A stretch of DNA of 64,000 nucleotides. Source: an uncultured virus (IMG/VR IMGVR_UViG_3300044674_003822) (taxonomy: Duplodnaviria > Heunggongvirae > Uroviricota > Caudoviricetes). This document shows positions 9,443 through 16,468 of the stretch, in pieces; the first letter of the stretch is position 1; the number at the start of each line of letters is the position of its first letter. The stretch covers positions 1 through 64,000 of IMG/VR virus record IMGVR_UViG_3300044674_003822. One strand, given 5' to 3'. The notes beneath the pieces are model-generated. The model searched no databases. It was not told where the DNA came from and was given only the letters and a program-made list of their open reading frames with translations. Both the position numbers and the translations under genes were made by a program.

Positions 9443-10163
9443 GTTTACTGTCCCTCCTACACAATCGTTTGTACTGTTTTTTGTTGGTGCTCCATTCGGT
9501 GCCGGTCCACCACTCGAATCCTCGATAGTTGGCCTTGTATTCCGACGACAGCTCGTAGCCTGATCCCATGTAGAAGTACCTCACGTAGTTCTCACTGGCC
9601 CACTCGATCTCCATGTCCAGCGTTATGTCACTTATGGGAACGGTGTTGGCATGGATCACACTCTCCAGACCCGCGAGGTCCTGGGAGTCATATGAGTCTA
9701 TGGTGGAGTAGTTGTCTTCCTGGTACCTGTATCGTTTCTGTTTGGTGAATCCTATGATGTTGTCCGCGGTGCCGGTGTAGAACAGCATGAACTGATCACG
9801 CCTGTGGTAGTGTCCGAAGGGATCGTAGTCCGCGCCAAATTTTTTCCGTTCCATGTACTGCTTGTATATGTGCGGCAGTCCCAACAGTTTGACCATCTCA
9901 CTTGCGTCGATAACCTTTATGCCGATCTGCTCGCCGGCGTGCGTGTGCGATTTGTATCTAGGACGCCATTTGTCCATGTTGATCCGTGTGCTACGTGATT
10001 GGTAGAATACCTCACGATGATTGTTTATGGGGTGGTCCAGTGCGAGCCAACCCCGGTCGATCGCTTCCGATTCCTCATCCTCGTCCACTATGGCCATGGG
10101 TCGGCATATGACCAGATCCTGCTGTTCCTGTTTGCCGAATGTGTGGTCGAAGAGTAGTTCCAT
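9390..10163 (-). CDS. Aminoacyl-tRNA--protein transferase-like protein (ATE1/Bpt family)
   Basis: N-terminal AIDRGW...YQSRSTRI and C-terminal EIEWA...YFYMG.GY....YKANY.GFEWW resemble the ATE_N/ATE_C pattern (EI..A....Y.YLGY......YK..Y). Confidence 0.6.
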   Translation of the reverse strand: MELLFDHTFGKQEQQDLVICRPMAIVDEDEESEAIDRGWLALDHPINNHREVFYQSRSTRINMDKWRPRYKSHTHAGEQIGIKVIDASEMVKLLGLPHIYKQYMERKKFGADYDPFGHYHRRDQFMLFYTGTADNIIGFTKQKRYRYQEDNYSTIDSYDSQDLAGLESVIHANTVPISDITLDMEIEWASENYVRYFYMGSGYELSSEYKANYRGFEWWTGTEWSTNKKQYKRLCRRDSKLTDFSSLGNLSLIPDNL

Positions 10164-10179
10164 TGTGTGATATTTAAGG

Positions 10180-10612
10180 TGCTGTCAGAGACGGCTTACG
10201 CCATCTGAAACTTCGCTTACGCTCGTTTCTTTTTTAACTTACGCAGTTGTAAAAAACTTGAACGCAGTGTGCGTTCTCTGTGGTAGATGAGCAGTCACAA
10301 TTCGGCTATTTCTAGCCGAACTGACTTAAACTCTGTGGTGAGTTCACAGTCACTATACATCGCTACTCTCGTCGGGCGGTTGTGCTGTACCCGTTTGCTC
10401 ATTCATTACAACGCGAATCTACCAAACCCCTGTATAATGGTTTTTGGTAAATCTGAGGTCTATCTTTTTCTAGGAGCCTCATCATTTTTTGCTGTTTGCA
10501 TCTAAGGATTCACCTGTCGCTTGTTAGCCGCATTTCCTTGCTCACTGGTTGCGATGCTATGTTTGCCTATGGGGAAATTTGTTTGCCTGGTGGAAGGATA
10601 CGGTTGCCCTTC
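10180..10612 (-). ncRNA. Putative large structured non-coding RNA of unknown family (alternatively a transcribed replication origin)
   Basis: ~500-nt gap without a credible ORF; at least 7 hairpins, several with GNRA loops on the minus strand (GTAA x2, GAAA, GAGA, GCAA); long-range complementarity; upstream sigma70-like promoter. Confidence 0.6.
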
Positions 10613-10618
10613 AACTAC

Positions 10619-10647
10619 TATATAACACAGATAAAAATGTCAGTCAA
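10619..10647 (-). promoter_or_regulatory. Sigma70-like promoter for the structured RNA
   Basis: TTGACT (10647-10642)-17 nt-TATATA (10624-10619), with TG just upstream of the -10; predicted start ~10612 coincides with the first hairpin. Confidence 0.6.
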
Positions 10648-10670
10648 TCTTTTTGGCTTTAAATACCGCT

Positions 10671-11078
10671 ATGCATTGGACGTACCAAGGAAATGAAATT
10701 ACCAACATGCCGGAAGATGTTGTGGGATTTGTTTATCTCATAACAAATACAACCAACGGTAGGATGTACATAGGCAAGAAACTTGCTAGATTCAAGAGAA
10801 GTCGTCCACCACTCAAAGGCAGAAAGAACAAGCGTAGATACAAGGTTGATTCTGACTGGCAAGACTACTACGGTTCAAGCGATGATCTCACAATCGATGT
10901 CAACAAAATTGGTAAAGATAAATTCACGAGGGAAATACTTTTCTACTGCAAGTCCAAGGCGGAACTATCTTATGTTGAGGCACGTGAACAGTTTGCACGT
11001 AAGGTCCTAGAAACTAATGATTACTACAATGGTCATATCCGTGTGAGAGTACACGGCAAGGGAATAATCAAGTCATAA
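10671..11078 (+). CDS. GIY-YIG endonuclease (endonuclease II/DenA-like)
   Basis: GFVYLITNTTNGRMYIGKK, WQDYYGSS, FTREIL, E...YYNGHI; single domain with no C-terminal DNA-binding repeats. ATG 10671 chosen because TAAATA lies 5 nt upstream. Confidence 0.85.
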   Translation: MHWTYQGNEITNMPEDVVGFVYLITNTTNGRMYIGKKLARFKRSRPPLKGRKNKRRYKVDSDWQDYYGSSDDLTIDVNKIGKDKFTREILFYCKSKAELSYVEAREQFARKVLETNDYYNGHIRVRVHGKGIIKS

Positions 11079-11106
11079 AAAAACCCCCGACTATTGCTAG
11101 CCGGAG
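11077..11106 (-). terminator. Rho-independent terminator after the histone-like gene (possibly bidirectional region)
   Basis: Minus strand cctccggcta-gcaa-tagtcggggg followed by a T run; lies between converging genes. Confidence 0.7.
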
Positions 11107-11136
11107 GATTTGGGTTTTGCAAAATCCAATAATCGA

Positions 11137-11331
11137 TTACGCCGCTGTCTTCGCCGCGTTCTTGACTTCCTGAATTTCTTTTCTTCTTGCTTTGATCAAC
11201 TTAGACAGATTTGCCAATGCTTTTCTGGCTCTGGTAGCAGATGCTTTAACACCCTTCTCTACGAACTTACCATTCTCTTCTGAGTAAGTTTGAATCTCTG
11301 TCATGATCGATTCGTGTGTTTCATTTGACAT
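11137..11331 (-). CDS. Histone H1-like nucleoid protein (Hc1 family)
   Basis: KFVEKGVKASATRARKALANLSKLIKARRKE matches the Hc1 signature; strong GAAGGAG RBS; TTGACA upstream at 11413-11408. Confidence 0.8.
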   Translation of the reverse strand: MSNETHESIMTEIQTYSEENGKFVEKGVKASATRARKALANLSKLIKARRKEIQEVKNAAKTAA

Positions 11332-11421
11332 ATGTTTTTTCTCCTTCTATTGTCGTACGATATAATTAATTAACATATGTTTAATTTAAGCACACAAGAT
11401 GTGGTTTTGTCAACAAGAAAA

Positions 11422-13197
11422 TTAAACAATTATCTCAACATCATTGGCATAGTTGGTAAAACCATTCTCTTTTACAACTTTCAGTACACTATTCACTCTG
11501 CTCACCAACTCGTCTTTGTGTGATATTAGGAAAATATTTTTTTGTTGTGTACGACTCATTTCTTTCAGTACAGCCATTGAACTCTCAACACCAGATATGT
11601 CCATACCTGCATCCACCAGTTCGTCAATGAATAGCAAGTTGATCTGTTGATAAAGACTTTCCCACACATCTCGGAATGCCCAACTCAAACTTAGGATCAA
11701 TCTGTTTCTTTCTCCCCTACTCAAATTGTCAAAATCCAATTCTCTGCCTAGTTCTTCTATACGTACAGTGAGGTCTGATTGGAAAGTCACTGTGTGTGGC
11801 AGTTTTACCTTGCCCAAGAAGTATGCTAATCTTTGATTCAGGTATGTTAAGTTTTGTTCTATTATCCTTGTTCTTATGAAAGAGTCTTTGGCTGTCAGCA
11901 ATTTGTACAAGAACTCCTGGTGCCTGTGCAAGTCTTCTAGTTCGTTTGCTTTCTCAAAATCAATTTTTTGTATTGCTGTTTTAGTTAATTCTTCGACCTG
12001 TTCGGCATATGGATCCTGTTTCTTCTCGTTTTGTTCAAGTTGTCGTTTGAGATCCTTCAATGATCCCTTGTGATTGTACGCCTCGTCCATGGAGTCGTAG
12101 TAGGTATCCGGGGTGTTGCCCAAATCACCAATTTCGTCTATGCCCTGTTGTATCTTTGCAAGATCACTTTCAAGTTTTGAACTGTATTCTTTGGATTCAG
12201 TCAATGTTGTTTTTAATTTGCCAACCAATTGCTCGTGCTTGTCATCGTGTAATTCTTGCTCACAAGTCGGACATTTTTGTTGAGCCGCATACTCTAGGTC
12301 ACTTTCTGTTTTTTCCACAGTGCTTTTTGCTTTTGTGTACGAGTCTTCGTGATACGCTTTTTCCTTTTGTAAACTCAATAATTTGATATAGTTTTCGTTA
12401 TGTTTCTGCAGACGTTTGTGTGCATCCAGTTCCGCTTTGATGTCTACTTTTTCCAGTTCCGCTATTGCTTCTGCAAAACTTTTTGAGTCTTCCTCTTTTT
12501 GTGTTTGCCATGCACTCGACCTTATTTTTAAACTTTCAATCGATTCTGTAATTTTTTCATTAGATGCAACCCTGGCATCTATTTTTAGTTTTTCTTCAGT
12601 AAGTATTTGTTTGGTTGCTTTTTGCTTTTCTTTTAGCAGATCTGCTTTTTGTGAGAGCAGTGTTATACCAAGCAACTGCTCAATAATTTCTCTTTGTTCG
12701 TTTGCCTTGGTTGATAAAAACGGTTGTGTGTATGTGTTCAACGCAATTATGTTTTTAAACATGGAATGGGTCATGCCCATTAGTTTATTAATTTCTACCT
12801 GTGTTTCTCTGTTCTCACCTTGTGCTTCGTTGCTTTCTACGTTTTGTTCGATGTTGTTTGCGTAGAATCTAAACACCTGTGGCTTTCTTCCACGCTCTAT
12901 TGTGTACTCCACATTGTTCTTTACAAACTTGACACTGACCAACATGCCTTTCTCGTTGGTCTTGTTTACGAGATTGTCTCTTCTTATGTTTGTCAATGCT
13001 TCGCCAAAGAACACATATGAGAGTGCATTAATGATTGTGGTCTTACCGGTACCGTTCCTAGCACCTGCGTCATCACCACCCAGGTCCATGTTCTCACCAA
13101 TCACGAGCACAAGATTTTTGTTGGCAAAATTTATTGCCTGGGCCTGATTGCCCACGCTCATGAAGTTTTTAACTATTAGTTCTTTAATTGTTAACAT
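11422..13197 (-). CDS. gp46: Recombination endonuclease ATPase subunit (gp46/Rad50/SbcC)
   Basis: Walker A RNGTGKTT, zinc hook CPTC, signature LSRGE, Walker B LLFIDE, H-loop ISH. Confidence 0.95.
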   Translation of the reverse strand: MLTIKELIVKNFMSVGNQAQAINFANKNLVLVIGENMDLGGDDAGARNGTGKTTIINALSYVFFGEALTNIRRDNLVNKTNEKGMLVSVKFVKNNVEYTIERGRKPQVFRFYANNIEQNVESNEAQGENRETQVEINKLMGMTHSMFKNIIALNTYTQPFLSTKANEQREIIEQLLGITLLSQKADLLKEKQKATKQILTEEKLKIDARVASNEKITESIESLKIRSSAWQTQKEEDSKSFAEAIAELEKVDIKAELDAHKRLQKHNENYIKLLSLQKEKAYHEDSYTKAKSTVEKTESDLEYAAQQKCPTCEQELHDDKHEQLVGKLKTTLTESKEYSSKLESDLAKIQQGIDEIGDLGNTPDTYYDSMDEAYNHKGSLKDLKRQLEQNEKKQDPYAEQVEELTKTAIQKIDFEKANELEDLHRHQEFLYKLLTAKDSFIRTRIIEQNLTYLNQRLAYFLGKVKLPHTVTFQSDLTVRIEELGRELDFDNLSRGERNRLILSLSWAFRDVWESLYQQINLLFIDELVDAGMDISGVESSMAVLKEMSRTQQKNIFLISHKDELVSRVNSVLKVVKENGFTNYANDVEIIV

Positions 13198-14206
13198 CTA
13201 GATCGTTATAAATTGCTGTTAATATGTTTTTGTCGTATGTTTCTGACTCAACACCCTGCAGTTGTTTGACCACGATTTGATCTACAGAATCAAATTTTTG
13301 TACTTCAACAGTTGGTTGCTGTGCCTTGTCCACCTGCTCTGGTATTAGTTGCAGTTCCCTCAATTCGTATTTGTCTATAAATGTTTCTCTGACAAAGTTT
13401 GCTTCTTCATACGAGATTTTTATGTCCAGTGTGACTCTCACGTACATTTTTGGTTTTAAGTATTTTTCAGGATCAGCCAATAGGTCACTTATCTTTATTG
13501 TGATGTATCTTGGCATGTCTGGCCAGTTGATGTATTTGGGTTTACCGCCCATTTCTATTATCATCATGCCCCTGTCGTCGTCCCAGGCATCTGAATAATT
13601 GTGTGGGAAGGCGTTGCCCATGTATGTCACATTTTTCATCACCTGCCTTTTATGGAAGTGTCCTGAGAACACCTGTCCGCAGTTGGCAAAATGGTCTGTC
13701 TGTATTCCACCCACGTCCGGCATCTCCACCATTGCGTTCATCTTGAAGTATGGCAGTTCAAAATGACCAAACACATACTGTTGATTTAACTTCTGTATCT
13801 TCTTCCATTCGTCGCCAACTATCCATGGAATGATTGCAACATCATCTTCGACTATCCATTCGTTGACAATGTGTATGTTTGGAATGTTTCTGATAAACTC
13901 CATTGAGTTTATTTCTCTTTTTTCCCTGTAGAACAAATCGTGGTTGCCCATCATAACGTACACCTTCTCAAACGCTTTGCCCAGTCTCTCTATGTTGGAA
14001 ACTGTGTAGTTCATTGTGGAAACGTTTGTGCTTGATCTGTGATGGTGCCAGTCGCCCAGGAATATACAAGTTTCACAACCTTCTGCTTTGGCCTGTTCTA
14101 TGAACCAGTATATAAATGCCTCACAGTCATCGTTGTGTATTCTAGAATTACCCTTCATGCCGAAGTGTATGTCTGTGAAACAGGCCACCTTTTTAAAGAA
14201 TGCCAT
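13184..14206 (-). CDS. gp47: Recombination endonuclease nuclease subunit (gp47/Mre11/SbcD)
   Basis: Metallophosphoesterase motifs FTDIHFG, FLGDWHH, GNHD, GHFE, SGHFH. Confidence 0.95.
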   Translation of the reverse strand: MAFFKKVACFTDIHFGMKGNSRIHNDDCEAFIYWFIEQAKAEGCETCIFLGDWHHHRSSTNVSTMNYTVSNIERLGKAFEKVYVMMGNHDLFYREKREINSMEFIRNIPNIHIVNEWIVEDDVAIIPWIVGDEWKKIQKLNQQYVFGHFELPYFKMNAMVEMPDVGGIQTDHFANCGQVFSGHFHKRQVMKNVTYMGNAFPHNYSDAWDDDRGMMIIEMGGKPKYINWPDMPRYITIKISDLLADPEKYLKPKMYVRVTLDIKISYEEANFVRETFIDKYELRELQLIPEQVDKAQQPTVEVQKFDSVDQIVVKQLQGVESETYDKNILTAIYNDLDVNN

Positions 14207-14209
14207 TTA

Positions 14210-15190
14210 TTACCACCTCTTCTTGACTATTGGTTTATGATTGGTCATGTCAACTTTTCTAGAGTTAACACTTTCAAAATCTTCTTTGTCTATCTTGCCT
14301 TTTTTCTTCAATGCTTTGTTCAATTTTGCAATACCAGTTTTATTGACCTGTCGCACTTCGCCGTGTATCGTTTCCATTCTTTTTTTATATACTGGCGAAC
14401 TGGCATCATTTTCATTTTGTCTTGTGAAACTGGGCATCATGTTGTTCTGTTCCAGAAGATCATCTCTGATTGCTTGATTCTTTTTTTCTATGTTCAGTAT
14501 CCTTGTGAAACTGTTTGTGATGGCCGCGGTGTAGTATGCGAATGGATTGTCCGACTTCGATTCGTCGAATTGCAGACCGATCTGTGATAGTTGCATCAAG
14601 GCCTGTGACTGCATCTCATCATTATACGTGTAGCCTCTCCAGTTGGATCTTGTCCCATATCTCTCACAGAGCTTCATGTACATCATTGCCAGTTGGTTTG
14701 TCATCTTGCCGTGGTCTGATGAGAAATTTCCATTGCTCATTCCTCCCACCCAGTGTGATTTCCCAACACACGAAAGTTTGCCTTTTTTATCCAATCGGTA
14801 GTGTTGGAATGGTGGGAAGTTGACCTTGGTGTGATGGTCCGCTGTTGTTTTTGGACTCTTCTTCCTTCCGGAATCCATGGGTATGTGATCGAACGTCATA
14901 ACCCGGAATACTAGGTTGGTTTTGTCTATCTTCCTTGGGGAGATGGTGTAATCAGATAACTTGATCTTCTTTTTGCCCTCGGCCTTGGCCTGCTCCCACG
15001 CCTTGTTTGACAATCTCTTGGCTTGGTTCTTTTTGGCCTCTGCTATGGTCCTGCTGTTGATCTTCTTCAGGTTAGGCACTATTATGTCATACCCTGCGTC
15101 CTCGGGCATAACGTATGAACAATAGGTGTTCTTGCTGGCATGTATTTGTGCCAGTAAATCTCGGTTGTTTAAGTACTTTACTCTTTTCAT
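14210..15190 (-). CDS. gp55: Late-transcription sigma factor (gp55-like)
   Basis: YLNNRDLL N-terminus; NWRGYTYNDEM...QFDESKSDNPFAYYTAAITNSFTRIL.IEKK; next to gp47/gp46 as in T4-like phages. Confidence 0.88.
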   Translation of the reverse strand: MKRVKYLNNRDLLAQIHASKNTYCSYVMPEDAGYDIIVPNLKKINSRTIAEAKKNQAKRLSNKAWEQAKAEGKKKIKLSDYTISPRKIDKTNLVFRVMTFDHIPMDSGRKKSPKTTADHHTKVNFPPFQHYRLDKKGKLSCVGKSHWVGGMSNGNFSSDHGKMTNQLAMMYMKLCERYGTRSNWRGYTYNDEMQSQALMQLSQIGLQFDESKSDNPFAYYTAAITNSFTRILNIEKKNQAIRDDLLEQNNMMPSFTRQNENDASSPVYKKRMETIHGEVRQVNKTGIAKLNKALKKKGKIDKEDFESVNSRKVDMTNHKPIVKKRW

Positions 15191-15279
15191 AATTTTTCTG
15201 TGTTATTGGATAAAAGTGACCACAAACAGGTCTGTTAGATCGTGCCGTAAGGATTATTAAGTGCGCCTAAAATTGTGCC

Positions 15280-15287
15280 TATAAATA
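15280..15287 (+). promoter_or_regulatory. Late promoter TATAAATA for the baseplate operon
   Basis: Exact T4 late consensus upstream of the first baseplate gene. Confidence 0.75.
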
Positions 15288-15294
15288 TAGTTAA

Positions 15295-15323
15295 AGTATA
15301 CGAAATTTTACAATGGAAAGCAA
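15295..15323 (-). promoter_or_regulatory. Sigma70-like promoter for gp55-gp47-gp46
   Basis: TTGCTT (15323-15318)-17 nt-TATACT (15300-15295). Confidence 0.6.
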
Positions 15324-15331
15324 CCTTTAAT

Positions 15332-16165
15332 ATGATCAAAAAAACACTGGGTGGTGTAATCAAAGACGTGGGACAGGGTATATTCAACAAAACCCTGGGC
15401 AGACTCATGGGTGCAGGTATTTCCACGGACAACCGTATGGTCCAAGCAAGGGCCAAGTGGTCGGGCAGGAATGACAAAAAAGATTGGCGTGTGAGATTAC
15501 AAGTACCAAACTCAAACGAACTACAAAAATTCTTTGATTTTGCCAACAATCCTATATTGAACCCACTGGCAGAATCCAATGGTATTTTCTGGCCACTGAC
15601 ACCGATGATGCAGATCCAACACTCTGCCAACTACGATGCCTTGGCAATGACACACAGTAACATGCCACAACAGGCATATGGTCAATCACAGGTTGACTCA
15701 TTGAATATCATAGGTGAGTTCCCGGTACAGAACAGCGAAGACGCCAAGCACTGGGTGGCAACAGTAAATTTTTTAAGGACAGCAACAAAGATGTTTTTCG
15801 GTCTGGATGACGGCACAGGGTTGAAAGGAAACCCACCACCGATCATGCATTTGTCAGGGTATGGAGACCACATGTTCAACAAGGTCCCAGTGGTAATAAA
15901 CAGTTTCAACGTTGAACTACGACAGGGCATAGACTACATATCAACAGTACAAACCCAAGTAGGTTACGGACAGGGTAGAGTTGATAGAGGGCTGGCGGAA
16001 CGTGTTCAGAGAGGGGAGGACCAGTCATGGGCACCCACACTGTCAAACATATCTGTGTTGGTAACACCTATATACAGCAGAGATTCCATGAAGACATTCT
16101 CAATGAAGAGATTCGTCAAGGGAGAGTTAAACGGTAAGGGCACTAACGAGGTAGGATTTATCTAA
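15332..16165 (+). CDS. Baseplate/tail-tube initiator-type protein (gp48/gp54-like)
   Basis: DWRVRL, IFWPLTP, FLRTATKMFFG, GNPPPIMHLSGYG..FNKVPVVI motifs; first gene of the baseplate operon; ATG 15332 lies downstream of the late promoter. Confidence 0.6.
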   Translation: MIKKTLGGVIKDVGQGIFNKTLGRLMGAGISTDNRMVQARAKWSGRNDKKDWRVRLQVPNSNELQKFFDFANNPILNPLAESNGIFWPLTPMMQIQHSANYDALAMTHSNMPQQAYGQSQVDSLNIIGEFPVQNSEDAKHWVATVNFLRTATKMFFGLDDGTGLKGNPPPIMHLSGYGDHMFNKVPVVINSFNVELRQGIDYISTVQTQVGYGQGRVDRGLAERVQRGEDQSWAPTLSNISVLVTPIYSRDSMKTFSMKRFVKGELNGKGTNEVGFI

Positions 16166-16464
16166 TGGCAAACTATTCAAATACTTCACCTTACTTCGAA
16201 ACAGAAATGAGATCTACGTACCTGGATGTGTTGAATCCACGAACGTTGACAATAGAGGATGACGATCAGAGCTACACAATAGAAAGAACCTATGCATACA
16301 GACCAGACCTTCTTGCATATGACCTTTATGGAACGCCCAGGTTATGGTGGGTGTTCACACAGCGTAATCCAGATCAAATAGAGGATCCGATATACGATTT
16401 CAAACCGGGAGTAACGATCAAACTGCCAAAAAAAGAAAACGTGTTAAAAGATTTAGGACTATAA
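16165..16464 (+). CDS. gp53: Baseplate wedge subunit (gp53-like, LysM-like)
   Basis: YRPDLLAYDLYGTPRLWWVF..RNP...DPIYDF..G..I.LP. Confidence 0.8.
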   Translation: MANYSNTSPYFETEMRSTYLDVLNPRTLTIEDDDQSYTIERTYAYRPDLLAYDLYGTPRLWWVFTQRNPDQIEDPIYDFKPGVTIKLPKKENVLKDLGL

Positions 16465-16468
16465 ACTT

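Noticed and set aside
10180..10612. tRNA, tmRNA, RNase P RNA or group I/II intron identity for the structured region
   Set aside because: I found no T-loop/CCA end, RNase P core motif or group II domain V, and no interrupted gene flanks it.
10287..10696. ORF-track entries 10287..10505 and 10496..10696
   Set aside because: No RBS, atypical composition, and they overlie a hairpin-rich region with an opposite-strand promoter; probably not coding.
10671..11078. GIY-YIG gene as a mobile homing endonuclease or RNA-guided nuclease paired with the structured RNA
   Set aside because: It is a short single-domain endonuclease II-like protein, is not inside an intron, and is transcribed away from the RNA; no guide or spacer-like repeats are visible.
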